Shown here piece by piece: positions 1-10,473 of a DNA stretch of 64,000 nucleotides (its first letter is position 1; each line of letters starts with the position of its first letter). The DNA comes from an uncultured Acidobacteriota bacterium. Its GTDB lineage: Bacteria; Acidobacteriota; Thermoanaerobaculia; Multivoradales; UBA5704. Where the stretch lies: positions 24,110 to 88,109 of the forward strand of contig CAVYRF010000003.1 of the NCBI GenBank assembly GCA_963770895.1, written 5' to 3'. Under the pieces are notes generated by a model that was given only the letters and a program-made list of their open reading frames with translations, had not been told where the DNA came from and made no database searches. Both the position numbers and the translations under genes were made by a program.

Positions 1-754
1 GCCCGCCCAGGCCGCGGCCCTGCGCCGCGGCGGCGACCGCGAACAGACCGATCTGGCCGCCGCGGTGCCCATCGTCGCCCAGCCCGGCCTGCATTGCCAC
101 GGTGATGTAGCCGGCCGGTCCGTCCACGTTCGCCCCCGGCGCCGGGGGCGCGCCGTCCGCCACCAGCACGGCGCCGGCGGGGTCGGCGCAGCAGCGCTCG
201 ATCCAGGCGGCGTACAGCGCGTCGCAGCGCTCGCGGGCAAAGTGGGGATCGCTGTAAAAGCGCGAGTCGCGATGGCTGGCGGCGGCCAGGCGCCGCAGCA
301 GCGGCAGATCGGCCGCGGTCGCCGCGCGCACCGGCGGCGTCGGTGGCGGCTGGGTCGGGGACACCGGCAGGTCGGGCGGCCGCAACGGCGCCTGGGCAGG
401 GCGCTGCACGGGCTCCACGGCTTCCATCGGGGCGTCCAGGCGTCGCTCCAGAGTGACGCGGATGTCCACCAGCTGGAAGCCGGCGCTTGCGGCGAGACCC
501 GGCGCCGCCGGGTCGCCCGCGCCGGCCAGCCAGTAGAGGCAGTCGACATCCTGGCGGTCCGCCCACTCGACCGCCGCCGCCAGCGCCGCTGGCGTGAGGA
601 CGTCGCCCCGCACCCTGCCGATGCGCCGCCCGAAGTGGCGGCTGTCCCAATCCAGCAGCTCGCAGGGGGGCGCCGGCGGGAGGGCGGCCGGCGCGTTGTT
701 TTGCGGGTCACGCGGGTCGCGCCGGTCGCGCTGAGCGGGCGGCACGGCGGTCAC
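1..754 (-). CDS. GNAT acetyltransferase, WecD/RffC (dTDP-fucosamine acetyltransferase)-like; truncated by the window edge
   Basis: Manual translation from GTG 754, which overlaps the upstream TGA: ELLDWDSRHFGRRIGRV...DCLYWL...SHRDSRFYSDPHF...LYAAWIE...GQIGLFAVAAAAQGRGLG. Not in the ORF track. Confidence 0.75.
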   Translation of the reverse strand, partial: MTAVPPAQRDRRDPRDPQNNAPAALPPAPPCELLDWDSRHFGRRIGRVRGDVLTPAALAAAVEWADRQDVDCLYWLAGAGDPAAPGLAASAGFQLVDIRVTLERRLDAPMEAVEPVQRPAQAPLRPPDLPVSPTQPPPTPPVRAATAADLPLLRRLAAASHRDSRFYSDPHFARERCDALYAAWIERCCADPAGAVLVADGAPPAPGANVDGPAGYITVAMQAGLGDDGHRGGQIGLFAVAAAAQGRGLGG

Positions 755-1815
755 CGTGCGTCGTCCGGCGCGGTGACCCGGCGCACGCTGTAGATGGGGC
801 GGGACATCAGGCGGGTGTGCATGCGCGCCAGGTATTCGCCCAGGATGCCCAGGGTGAACAGCTGAGCGCCCGAAAAGATCGCGATCACCGAGGCCAGAAA
901 CGGGAAGCCGGGGACGCTGGTGCCCTGGATCAGGTAGCGGCCGACGACGTAGGCCAGCACCGCCAGGCCCAGCAGCGTCGAGGCGAAGCCGACGAAGCTG
1001 GCCAGCTTGAGCGGTCCGACGCTGAAGCCGGTCACCATGTTGAGCGCGTGGCGCACCAGCATGGCGACGGTGTAGTTGGAGGCGCCGGCCTGGCGCACGT
1101 CGTGGCGCACCGGCACGGCGGCAAAGCGGGTGGTCGCCCAGGTGAGCAGCACGTCGATCGAAACGTAGGGGTTGCCGTAGTGGTCGAACGCCGGCCGCAG
1201 CTCGGCGCGCAGGGCGCGAAAGGCGCTGACGTTGCGGGCGATGGTGGCGCCCATGGCGCCTTGCAGCACCAGCTTGGTGGCCTGCGAGGCGAGGTCGCGC
1301 AGCGGGCCGTGCTGCTGGGCGAGCGGCGTGCCGTACACCACGTCCACGCCGGCGGTCAGCGCGTCGAGCAGCTTGGGCAGCTCTTCGGGGGGGTGCTGCA
1401 GGTCGTCGTCCATGGTGACGATGACCTGGCCGGCGGCCGCCCGGATGCCGCACAGCAGGGCGTTGTGCTGCCCGTAGTTGCGCATCAGGTCGATGCCGCG
1501 CACCCGCGGCTGGCGCGCCGCGATCTGGCCGATGACCTGCCAGCTGTCGTCGGCGCTGCCGTCGTTGACCAGCAGGATCTCCGCCTGGGGGTCGCGGGCG
1601 GCGAGCACCGGCGCCAGGCGGGCGACCAGCGCCGGCAGGGTCGCCGCGCCGTTGTAGACCGGCACCACCACCGACAGCAGCGGGCCGGCGTCCGGTGTGA
1701 GCGGCCCTGGCGGTGGTGGCGGCGCTGGCTGCTCCACCGGAGGTGGCTGCCCTGGCCGCACCGTGGGCGGCACCGCCGTTGGTTCCAGGCGGTCGATTGG
1801 CGTCGGCGGGCACAT
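751..1815 (-). CDS. Glycosyltransferase family 2, ArnC/GtrB-like
   Basis: LSVVVPVYN, VNDGSADDS, RNYGQHNALLCG, TMDDDLQHPPEE motifs and two C-terminal TM segments. Confidence 0.9.
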   Translation of the reverse strand: MCPPTPIDRLEPTAVPPTVRPGQPPPVEQPAPPPPPGPLTPDAGPLLSVVVPVYNGAATLPALVARLAPVLAARDPQAEILLVNDGSADDSWQVIGQIAARQPRVRGIDLMRNYGQHNALLCGIRAAAGQVIVTMDDDLQHPPEELPKLLDALTAGVDVVYGTPLAQQHGPLRDLASQATKLVLQGAMGATIARNVSAFRALRAELRPAFDHYGNPYVSIDVLLTWATTRFAAVPVRHDVRQAGASNYTVAMLVRHALNMVTGFSVGPLKLASFVGFASTLLGLAVLAYVVGRYLIQGTSVPGFPFLASVIAIFSGAQLFTLGILGEYLARMHTRLMSRPIYSVRRVTAPDDAR

Positions 1816-2018
1816 GGCGGGCGGATTTTATCCGGTTTTGCGCCGCCGCCCCGCGCCGCGGTGGAGAGCCGGGGCGGCCCCCGCCGCGCTGCGGGAACCC
1901 GCCCGGCCGGGGGAGCGTTTCGTCCTGGGGCCGCCGTGCGAACGTGCTATACAGATAAGCGCACGCAAGTGCGGGCCGCGCCCGGACCGCCGGGCTTCCC
2001 CCAGACCGCCGACCGCCG

Positions 2019-3653
2019 ATGAAACCCCAACCGCCATTCCAGGATTCGCCGGCGCCGCCGGCGGGCGCGTCGCTCGACCGGCGCCAGCTGCTCAAGGGCA
2101 TGGCGGCCGCCGGGGCGGGATCGCTGGCGCCGCTGGCCCCCTTGATGCCCGCCGCCGGCGCGACGGCCACGGCCGTATCGGCGGCATCGACGCTGGGGCT
2201 TGCCGGGTGCAGCCGCCCGCCGGCCGTGGCGCGTCCTGACCTGATCGCCAGCGAAAACGAGAAGCCGGGGACCACCGACTGGCTGCTCGCCGCGACGCGC
2301 GTCGACCCGTCGACCCGCTTTCGCTGTCCGTGGATCGAGGGCTACTGCTCGCACACCAGCCTGCGCGCCGGCGACCGCCTGGCGTTCATGGTCAGCACCA
2401 ACCCGCCGTCGCCGTTCGTCATCGACCTGTACCGCATGGGCTGGTACGGCGGCAAGGGCGGCAGGCACCTGGAACGGCTGGGGCCGTTCCAGGGCAAGGT
2501 CCAGCCCAACCCCGAGGTCGGCGTCGAGCGGGTGCGCGACTGCCGCTGGGAGCCGGCGGCCCAGATCACGATCCCCGACGGCCCGGGCGGCTGGCCGAGC
2601 GGCGTCTACCTGGGCAAGCTGACCGCCCAACGCGGCGGCCTGCAGAGCTACGTGGTGTTCGTGGTGCGCGACGACCGCCCTTGCGACGTGCTGTTCCAGT
2701 GCAGCACCAATACCTGGGCCGCCTATAACCGCTGGCCCCACCGCTTTTCGTTGTACGACGACGGCATCAAGAACTGGTATTGGGGGCCCGGCGTGCGGGT
2801 CAGCTGGAACCGGCCGTACGGCAAGTATTGCCAGCTGCTCGACGCGCCGCTGTCGCAGGGCTCGGGGGAGTTCCTGCTGTGGGAGTTCCCGGCGGCGTTC
2901 TGGCTGGAACAGCACGGTTTCGACGTGTCCTACACCGCCAACATCGATACCCACGAGGACGGTGCCGGGCTGCGGCGCGGCAAGCTGTGGCTGTCGGTGG
3001 GCCACGACGAATATTGGACGCTCGCCATGCACGACAACGTGGCCGCGGCGCGCGACGCCGGGGTGAACCTGGCCTTCCTGTCCGGCAACGCCTGCTACGG
3101 CGTGATCGACCTCCATGCCGACGCCGGCGGCCGCGAGCGGCGGGCAATGCGCCGCATCGGCCAGTACGGCCCGATCGAGCCGCGCAACGTCGCCGACGGC
3201 TTTCCCGAGCTGCTGCGGCTGCCCAGCAACGGGCCGGACGAATCGCAGCTGATCGGCGCGCGCAGCGGCTATCCGCTGACCGGCACCGCGCCGTGGACCT
3301 GCACCAACGCGCGGCATTGGATCTTCGAGCACACGCGGATGGCCGACGGCGACGGCATTCCGGGCCTGGTCGGCTGGGAGTTTCACGGCAACGCCGCCGC
3401 CATCCCCGGCCTGGAGGTGGTGGCGCAGGGGCCGATCGGGCCGCCGGGCGCCGCCGGCGCGTACGCGGCGACGGTCTATCCGGGACCGAAAGGCAACTTT
3501 GTCTTCAACGGCGCCACCTGCTGGTGGTGCGACGGCCTGAGCGCGCCGCCCGGATATCAGCATCCGGGGCTGCGCGGGTCCGGCCCGCGCGGCCCCGATC
3601 CGCGGGTGCAGCGCATCACCGCCAACCTGATCCGGCGTGCCGCGCGTGCTTGA
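2019..3653 (+). CDS. Tat-exported N,N-dimethylformamidase beta-subunit family protein
   Basis: DRRQLLKG Tat motif; ENEKPGTTDW, DLYRMGWYGGKGGR, TWAAYNRW, SVGHDEYWT, GVNLAFLSGN. Confidence 0.75.
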   Translation: MKPQPPFQDSPAPPAGASLDRRQLLKGMAAAGAGSLAPLAPLMPAAGATATAVSAASTLGLAGCSRPPAVARPDLIASENEKPGTTDWLLAATRVDPSTRFRCPWIEGYCSHTSLRAGDRLAFMVSTNPPSPFVIDLYRMGWYGGKGGRHLERLGPFQGKVQPNPEVGVERVRDCRWEPAAQITIPDGPGGWPSGVYLGKLTAQRGGLQSYVVFVVRDDRPCDVLFQCSTNTWAAYNRWPHRFSLYDDGIKNWYWGPGVRVSWNRPYGKYCQLLDAPLSQGSGEFLLWEFPAAFWLEQHGFDVSYTANIDTHEDGAGLRRGKLWLSVGHDEYWTLAMHDNVAAARDAGVNLAFLSGNACYGVIDLHADAGGRERRAMRRIGQYGPIEPRNVADGFPELLRLPSNGPDESQLIGARSGYPLTGTAPWTCTNARHWIFEHTRMADGDGIPGLVGWEFHGNAAAIPGLEVVAQGPIGPPGAAGAYAATVYPGPKGNFVFNGATCWWCDGLSAPPGYQHPGLRGSGPRGPDPRVQRITANLIRRAARA

Positions 3654-3770
3654 GGCGGCGGCTCCGGCTTGGCGGTCGGTGCCGGACGTGAGAACCTTGA
3701 ACGTTGGACACGGGCCGCGTGGGCGTGCTCATGCGGCCGGCGCGCGAGAACCAAGAGGAGGTTTCAGGGG

Positions 3771-6518
3771 ATGAGCAACGGGTATGTGGCGCCGCTCAAC
3801 TGGTATGTCGGCGGCGAGCGCGATAACGACGTCGAAGAGACGCAAGAGTGGCTGACCGCCTTCAATGACGTGGTGGATGCCGCCGGGCGCAACCGGGCGC
3901 AGTTCCTGCTGCAGAAGCTGCTCGAACAGGGCTATCAGCGCGACGTGCACCTGCCGTTCACCGGCAACACGCCGTACATCAACACCATCCCGGTGGCCGA
4001 GCAGCCGCCCTACGCCGGCGACCGCAAGATCGAGCGGCGCATCAAGAGCATCATCCGCTGGAACGCCATGGCGATGGTGGTGCGGGCCAACAAGAAGTTC
4101 GGCGGTCTGGGCGGCCACATCTCCACCTTCGCATCGTCGGCGACGCTCTACCAGGTGGGCCTGCACCACTTCTTCCGCGGCCGCGGCGAAGACGGGTTCG
4201 GCGGCGACGCCATCTACATCCAGGGGCACGGTTCGCCGGGCATCTACGCCCACGCGTTCCTGGAAGGGCGGATCACGCTCGAGCAGATGGAGCACTTCCG
4301 CCGCGAGGTGGAGCGCCCCGGCGGCCTGTCGTCGTACCCGCACCCCTGGCTGATGCCCGATTTCTGGGAGTTCCCCACGGTTTCGATGGGGCTGGCGCCG
4401 ATCAGCGCCATCTATCAGGCCAAGTTCAACCGCTACATGCGCGACCGCGGGCTGCGTCCGCACCAGGGGCGGCGGGTGTGGGCGTTCCTGGGCGACGGCG
4501 AAACGGACGAGCCGGAAAGCCTGGGCGCCATCACGCTGGCGGCGCGCGAAGGGCTGGACAACCTGATCTTCGTCATCAACTGCAACCTGCAGCGCCTGGA
4601 CGGTCCGGTGCGCGGCAACGGCAAGATCATCCAGGAGCTGGAAACCACCTTCCGCGGCGCCGGCTGGAACGTCATCAAGGTCATCTGGGGGAGCGAGTGG
4701 GATCCGCTGCTCGCCGCCGATCCGACGGGGCTGCTGATCCAGCGCATGAACGAAGTGGTCGACGGCCAATATCAAAAGTACGTGGTCGAGCCGGGCTCCT
4801 ACGTGCGGCAGGACTTCTTCGGCAAATATCCCGAGCTGGCGGCGATGGTCAGGGCCTATTCCGACGAGCAGCTCAAGGGGTTGCGCCGCGGCGGGCACGA
4901 CCCGATGAAGGTCTACGCCGCCTTCCGCGCGGCCACCAAGCATCGCGGCTCGCCGACGGTCATCCTGGCCAAGACCGTCAAGGGCTACGGGCTGGGCGAA
5001 GCGGGTGAGGGCAAGAACGTCAGCCACCAGCAGAAAAAGCTCAACGACGACGAGCTGCGCCTGTTCCGCGACCGCTTCGACATCCCGGTGCGCGACGCCG
5101 ACCTGCACGACACGCCCTTCTACCGGCCGGCGGAGAACAGCGAGGAGATCGAATACCTCAAGGAGCGGCGCCGCGCCCTGGGCGGGCCGCTGCCGCGCCG
5201 GCGCGTGCGCACCGAGGCGCTGGCGCTGCCCAAGGACGACATGTGGAAGACCTTCTACGAGGGGGTCAACCGCGACGTCTCGACCACCATGGTGTTCGTC
5301 CAGATGCTCACCCTCCTGATGAAGGACAAGGAGATCGGCAAGTTCGTGGTGCCGATCGTGCCGGACGAAGCGCGCACCTTCGGCATGGAATCGCTGTTTC
5401 GCCAGTTCGGCATCCACTGCCACGTCGGCCAGAACTACGAGCCGGTGGACGCCGGCATGCTGCTGTACTACCGCGAGGCGCAGGACGGGCAGATCCTCGA
5501 AGAGGGCATCACCGAGGCGGGCTCGATGGCATCGTTCATCGCCGCCGGCACCGCCTACGCCACCCACGGCAAGGACATGATTCCGTTCTTCGTGTTCTAT
5601 TCGATGTTCGGGTTCCAGCGCATCGGCGACCTGATCTGGGCGGCGGCCGACCAGCAGACGCGCGGCTTCCTGCTGGGCGCCACCTCGGGGCGCACGACGC
5701 TCAACGGCGAAGGGCTGCAGCACGAGGACGGCCACAGCCACGTGCTGGCGTCGACGGTGCCCAACCTGCTGTGCTACGACCCGTCCTACGCCTACGAGCT
5801 GGCGGTGATCATCCGCGACGGCTTGCGGCGGATGTACCAGGAGCGGGAAAACATTTTCTATTACATCACCCTGTACAACGAGAACTACCCGATGGCGCCC
5901 AAACCCGAAGGTTCGGACGAGGGCATCCTGAAGGGGCTGTACAAGCTGCGCCCGGCGCCGGAAGCGGACGCCGCGGCGGCCGCCGAGCCGGTCAAGAAGG
6001 GCAAGGCGCGGCGCGACGCGCGGCCGCGGGCGCACCTGCTGGGCAGCGGTTCGCTGCTGCGCGAGGCGCTGCGGGCCCAGGAGATCCTGTCGGCGCGCTA
6101 CGGCGTGGCGGCGGACGTGTGGAGCGCCACCAGCTACAAGGAGCTGCGGCGCGACGCCCTGGATGCCGAGCGCTGGAACATGCTGCATCCGGAAGCGGAG
6201 CCGCAGCAGCCGTACGTGGTGTCGCTGTTCGCGGGCGAAGACACGCCGATCGTCGCGGTGTCCGACTTCATGAAGGCGGTGCCGGACCAGATCGCTCGCT
6301 GGCTGCCGGGAAGGCTGTTTTCGCTCGGCACCGACGGCTTCGGCCGCAGCGACACGCGCGCGACGCTGCGGCGTTTCTTCGAGATCGACGCCGAGTGCAT
6401 CGTGGTGGCGACGCTCTACCAGCTCGCCCTGCACGGCACGGTCGAACGGAGCGTCGTGCAGCAGGCGATTCAGGACCTGGGGATCGACGCCGACAAGGCG
6501 AACCCGCTGTACACCTGA
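3771..6518 (+). CDS. aceE: Pyruvate dehydrogenase E1 component (homodimeric type)
   Basis: TPYINTIP, GGHISTFASSATL, SSYPHPWLMPDFWEFPTVSMGL, FLGDGETDEPES, NCNLQRLDGPVRGNGKIIQELE, LGTDGFGRSDTR. Confidence 0.97.
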   Translation: MSNGYVAPLNWYVGGERDNDVEETQEWLTAFNDVVDAAGRNRAQFLLQKLLEQGYQRDVHLPFTGNTPYINTIPVAEQPPYAGDRKIERRIKSIIRWNAMAMVVRANKKFGGLGGHISTFASSATLYQVGLHHFFRGRGEDGFGGDAIYIQGHGSPGIYAHAFLEGRITLEQMEHFRREVERPGGLSSYPHPWLMPDFWEFPTVSMGLAPISAIYQAKFNRYMRDRGLRPHQGRRVWAFLGDGETDEPESLGAITLAAREGLDNLIFVINCNLQRLDGPVRGNGKIIQELETTFRGAGWNVIKVIWGSEWDPLLAADPTGLLIQRMNEVVDGQYQKYVVEPGSYVRQDFFGKYPELAAMVRAYSDEQLKGLRRGGHDPMKVYAAFRAATKHRGSPTVILAKTVKGYGLGEAGEGKNVSHQQKKLNDDELRLFRDRFDIPVRDADLHDTPFYRPAENSEEIEYLKERRRALGGPLPRRRVRTEALALPKDDMWKTFYEGVNRDVSTTMVFVQMLTLLMKDKEIGKFVVPIVPDEARTFGMESLFRQFGIHCHVGQNYEPVDAGMLLYYREAQDGQILEEGITEAGSMASFIAAGTAYATHGKDMIPFFVFYSMFGFQRIGDLIWAAADQQTRGFLLGATSGRTTLNGEGLQHEDGHSHVLASTVPNLLCYDPSYAYELAVIIRDGLRRMYQERENIFYYITLYNENYPMAPKPEGSDEGILKGLYKLRPAPEADAAAAAEPVKKGKARRDARPRAHLLGSGSLLREALRAQEILSARYGVAADVWSATSYKELRRDALDAERWNMLHPEAEPQQPYVVSLFAGEDTPIVAVSDFMKAVPDQIARWLPGRLFSLGTDGFGRSDTRATLRRFFEIDAECIVVATLYQLALHGTVERSVVQQAIQDLGIDADKANPLYT

Positions 6519-6640
6519 TCTTTCGCCGGGTCGATGAACCTTCCGCCGGCCGGCGCGGACCTACAGCGGGGTCCGCCGCCGGCTGGTGGCGGCAGGATCG
6601 GACAACCTGGTTTTGGTGACCCAATAGAGGAGAGAGCTCA

Positions 6641-7246
6641 ATGCGAATCAAGACCGCAGTGCAGACGCTTGGCGTGATGCTGTTGCTACCCGTGATGGCT
6701 GCCGCGCAGCCGATCAGCTACAAGGTGGACCCAGCGCATTCCAGCGTCGGATTCAGCATCCGCCACTTTGTCAGCGACGTCGCCGGACGCTTCAAGGACT
6801 TCACCGGCTCGGTCGTCTACGATACCAAGAACCCGGCCGCGTCCAGCGTGCAGTTCACCATCCAGGCGGCGTCGATCGACACCGACAACGACGCCCGCAA
6901 CAACCACCTCAAGTCGCCCGACTTTTTCGACGTCGCCAAGTTCCCCACCCTCAGCTTCACCAGCAGCAAGGTCGACACGAGCGGCGGCTCGACGCTGTCG
7001 GTGACCGGCGCCCTGACCATCAAGGGCGTCACCAAGACGGTCACCATCCCGGTCAAGGTGGGCGGCGTGATGAAGACCGCCGACGGCTGGAAGGCCGGGT
7101 TCTCGTCCACCTTCACCATCAACCGCATGGACTACGGGGTGTCGTGGAACCGCGCCGCCGAAGGCGGCGGCTCGATCCTGGGCGACGACGTGGAGATCAC
7201 CATCCGCGTCGAAGCCAATACGCCGAAGCCGGCAGCGGCCAAGTAG
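6641..7246 (+). CDS. YceI family lipid/polyisoprenoid-binding protein
   Basis: Signal peptide; DPAHSSVGFSIRH, SIDTDNDARNNHLKSPDFFDV, GALTIKGVTK; RBS GAGGAG. Confidence 0.93.
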   Translation: MRIKTAVQTLGVMLLLPVMAAAQPISYKVDPAHSSVGFSIRHFVSDVAGRFKDFTGSVVYDTKNPAASSVQFTIQAASIDTDNDARNNHLKSPDFFDVAKFPTLSFTSSKVDTSGGSTLSVTGALTIKGVTKTVTIPVKVGGVMKTADGWKAGFSSTFTINRMDYGVSWNRAAEGGGSILGDDVEITIRVEANTPKPAAAK

Positions 7247-7283
7247 GCCAAGTACTCTGGCCGGCGCCGGGATTGCAAACCGG

Positions 7284-7310
7284 CCCCGGATCGGCTTCCG
7301 GGGTTTGATT
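7284..7310 (+). terminator. Putative intrinsic terminator between convergent genes
   Basis: CCCCGGA-tcggct-TCCGGGG hairpin followed by TTTGATT. Confidence 0.5.
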
Positions 7311-7375
7311 GGTTTGCTGTGGCGGGCGGCCGGCGCGGAGGGGACCCCCGCGCCGGCGCGCCTGGCCGGTTTTGG

Positions 7376-9211
7376 CTAGCGGCTGGAGCCGGCAGGGGCC
7401 GCGGCCGGGGCTGCTGCTGCTGCCAGGGCTTTTTTGCGTGCGGCTTCGAACTCGTCGCCCTTGTTCCAGGCGGGCATGGCGTTTTGCTGCGCCAGGGCGA
7501 TGCCGGTGTAGAAGCCCAGCTGCGCGTCTTCGATCATGCCGTCGAAGTTCCAATCCGCGGTCAGCTTGTCGCTCGGCTGGTGGTACTGCGTCGCCACCCA
7601 CTTTTCGATCGTCTCCTTGCCCCAGCCGGCGGGCCGGCCGCGCACCTGGGTGCCGGCATTGAGGTACATCGCGGGCACGCCGATCTTGGCAAAGTTGAAC
7701 TGGTCGGAGCGGTAGAAGTAGCCGCGGTCGGGGAAGGGATCGCTCTCGACAGTGCGGCCCTGGCGCGCGGCGACGGCGGCTATGACGCGGTCGACGGCGG
7801 CGGACTTGCCGAGCGCCACCGAGGTCAGGTCCGTGGTGCGCCCCCAGATGCTGCCGCCGTCGTAGTTGATGTCGACCGCGATGCGGCCGGGCGGGAAGGT
7901 GGGGTGCTTGGCGTAGTACTCCGAGCCGAGCAGGCCCTGCTCCTCGACGCCGACAAAGAGAAAGAGCACCGAGCGGCGCGGCCGTTCGGGCAGCGCCGCG
8001 TAGGCGCGGGCGATGGCCAGCACCTGCGCGCAGCCGGCGGCGTTGTCGTTGGCGCCGTGGTAGATGCGGTCGCCGGTCTGGTCCGGGATGCCGATGCCCA
8101 GATGGTCGTGGTGGGCGCTGTAGATGACCACCTGGTCGCGCAGCCGCGGATCGCTGCCGCGCAGCAGGCCCAGGACGTTGGCGGTCTGCGCGTGCGACAC
8201 CTTGTTGGTCAGCGTCAGCGACGTGGTGATGCCGAGCGGCACCGGCTGGAAGTCGCGGCTGCGCGCCTTGGCGACCAGCTGGTCCAGGTTGTGGCCGGCG
8301 GCGGTGAGCAGGCGCCGCACCGCGTCTTCGGTGGCCCAGGCGGCGACCTGGATGTGCGGCTCGCCGGGGGCGGCCGGCAGGGTGAACTTTTCGCCGCTCC
8401 AGGAGGTCTGCACGACCTGCCAGGGGTATCCTGCCGACGGCGTGGTGTGGATGATGATGGCGCCGGCGGCGCCCTGGCGGGCGGCGCTTTCGTACTTGTA
8501 CGGCCAGCGGCCGTAGTACAGGCGGCGCTTGCCGGCGAACAGGTTGGGGTCCCAGTCCGGATCGTTGTTCATCATCACCAGGACCTTGCCCTTGAGGTCC
8601 GCGTGCTTGAAGTCGTCCCACTGGTATTCGGGCGCCTGGATGCCGTAGCCGACAAACACCAGCTCGGCGTTGTCGAGCGTCGCCTGGTCGCTCGCGACGC
8701 CCGAGGTGGCGACGTATTCGTCGTGGCGCTTCCATTCGACGCCGGCCGCGCCGGCGCCCGACGGCTTGAAGGACCAGGTCTCGGGCAGGGTGGCGGCGAC
8801 GCCGACGATGTCGAACGGCTGTTCCCACGAGCCGCCGGGGGCGCCGGGCTCCAGGCCCAGCGATTCCAGGCTGCTCGCCAGGTAGAGGCGCGCCAGGCGG
8901 TCGGCGCGGGTGGCGGGCCCGCGCCCTTCCAGCAGATCGTCCGAGAGGAAGCGGATGGGCGCCGCGAGCGTGCCGCGGTCGATCTGGCGGGCGGCGCGCT
9001 CGGCACCCGGCAGCGTCGGCACGACCGACCTGGCGCCCGCGGTGCCCCCGGCCTGGGCGCCGCCGCGGGTGACGGCGGGTGCGGATTGGACAGCAGGCGC
9101 GGCGGCGGCGGGCGCCGCGGCGGCGTCGGGAGCGGCGCCGGCGGGTGCGGTGGCAGCCGGTACGGTGGCGGCCAGGATCAGGAGGAGGGCTGCTACGGCG
9201 GCGATGCGCAT
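7376..9211 (-). CDS. Secreted M28 family metallopeptidase with PA domain
   Basis: SDDLLEGRGP, VFVGYGIQAPEYQWDDF, YSAHHDHLG, GANDNAAG, VEEQGLLGS, YRSDQFNFA, YHQPSD. Confidence 0.92.
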   Translation of the reverse strand: MRIAAVAALLLILAATVPAATAPAGAAPDAAAAPAAAAPAVQSAPAVTRGGAQAGGTAGARSVVPTLPGAERAARQIDRGTLAAPIRFLSDDLLEGRGPATRADRLARLYLASSLESLGLEPGAPGGSWEQPFDIVGVAATLPETWSFKPSGAGAAGVEWKRHDEYVATSGVASDQATLDNAELVFVGYGIQAPEYQWDDFKHADLKGKVLVMMNNDPDWDPNLFAGKRRLYYGRWPYKYESAARQGAAGAIIIHTTPSAGYPWQVVQTSWSGEKFTLPAAPGEPHIQVAAWATEDAVRRLLTAAGHNLDQLVAKARSRDFQPVPLGITTSLTLTNKVSHAQTANVLGLLRGSDPRLRDQVVIYSAHHDHLGIGIPDQTGDRIYHGANDNAAGCAQVLAIARAYAALPERPRRSVLFLFVGVEEQGLLGSEYYAKHPTFPPGRIAVDINYDGGSIWGRTTDLTSVALGKSAAVDRVIAAVAARQGRTVESDPFPDRGYFYRSDQFNFAKIGVPAMYLNAGTQVRGRPAGWGKETIEKWVATQYHQPSDKLTADWNFDGMIEDAQLGFYTGIALAQQNAMPAWNKGDEFEAARKKALAAAAAPAAAPAGSSR

Positions 9212-9426
9212 CGTCGGGCGTCTCCTTTGTTGTAATCTGCGGTGGCCGAGCCAATGGCTCCCCGGCTCCCAGGTCAGGTCGCCACAGTCGCGAGGCCGCC
9301 AGCGGTCACTGGCGCAAGTATATAGAGCCGTTGCGTGAACCGGTCCGGCTGCCGACGGTCGCGCGGGAACGTCGGGCAGGGCGCACGCCGGACGCGCGCG
9401 CCGGCTGGTCCAACAGGGGAGGGACG

Positions 9427-10473
9427 ATGAAGCTGCGGACGGTGGTGCGAGACTGTCTCTTCTTGAATTGGGCGCTGCCGGCCGCGTCCCTGCCGGCGCC
9501 GCCGGCGCCGCTGCGCTACCAGCTGCACGACTGGCAGGGCGTTGAGCACGTGTTCGCCTCGGCGCTGCTGTTCCACCACGACGCGGTGCGCTGGCAGGCC
9601 CTGCCGCTGGTGCGCATCGGCTATCCCCAGCTCAACGTGCGGCTCTACGTGCTGGACGGCGACGGGGTGCCGGCGGTGCTGTTCCTGCGCGAGCTGATGC
9701 CGGGGTGGGTGGCGCCGGGGGTGCGCCTGATCTCGCGCCATCCGGCAGCCAGCGCGCGGCTGGACTTTCCGCGCCCGTCGCGGCATCCGGGGGACGGCAG
9801 CTGGCTGTGGCGGGTGCGGCGCGGCGACAGCATGACGGTGCGCGCCGCGCTGCACAGCCCGACGGTGGGCCAGGGGCCGCAGGTGGGCGGCTGGGACGAA
9901 ACCGTCCGCTACTTCCAGGACCGCCCGCGCGGCTACGCGCAGCACGCCGGCTCCCTCCACCGCACCTATGCCGCGCACCCGCCGGCGCAGGCGGTGTGGC
10001 CGCTGGCCGCGGCGGTGGAGCAGGGGGATGCGCTGCTGCGCCGGCTGCTGCCGATCGCTGCGGATGCGGCGATGCCGGCGCTGCATTCCAGCTGGCTCTG
10101 TCCGGAGATGCCCTTCGCCATCGCCTTGGACCTGATGCCCAGGGTGCAGCCGGTGGTCAACGGCCTGCCGCACCCGGCGGCCGGCCGGGTCACGGTCGGC
10201 GCCTTGCGGGCGCGCGCGGCAGGGCGGCGAGCGGCGCAGGGGGAGGCGGCGGCGGGCGGCGCGGCGGCGGCGGTTGCGGCGGCGCTGTCGTGCGCGGCCC
10301 AGGGCGGCGCGGACGATGGCGCGCCGGCCGGGCGTGCGGCGCGCCTGCAGGGCGGGGTTGGCGGGAGCGGCGGGGTTGGCGGGATCGGCGGTGGTGGCGG
10401 GGTCGGCGCGATGGGTGGCGGCGGCGTGGCGGGGGCTGCCGGCGCGGGCGCCGTGTTAGCATCCGCGGCATGA
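9427..10473 (+). CDS. DUF2071/YqjF-like protein with Ala/Gly-rich tail
   Basis: RBS GGGAGG, ATG 9427; DCLFLNWAL, YPQLNVRLYV, VLFL. Stop overlaps the next ATG. Confidence 0.6.
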   Translation: MKLRTVVRDCLFLNWALPAASLPAPPAPLRYQLHDWQGVEHVFASALLFHHDAVRWQALPLVRIGYPQLNVRLYVLDGDGVPAVLFLRELMPGWVAPGVRLISRHPAASARLDFPRPSRHPGDGSWLWRVRRGDSMTVRAALHSPTVGQGPQVGGWDETVRYFQDRPRGYAQHAGSLHRTYAAHPPAQAVWPLAAAVEQGDALLRRLLPIAADAAMPALHSSWLCPEMPFAIALDLMPRVQPVVNGLPHPAAGRVTVGALRARAAGRRAAQGEAAAGGAAAAVAAALSCAAQGGADDGAPAGRAARLQGGVGGSGGVGGIGGGGGVGAMGGGGVAGAAGAGAVLASAA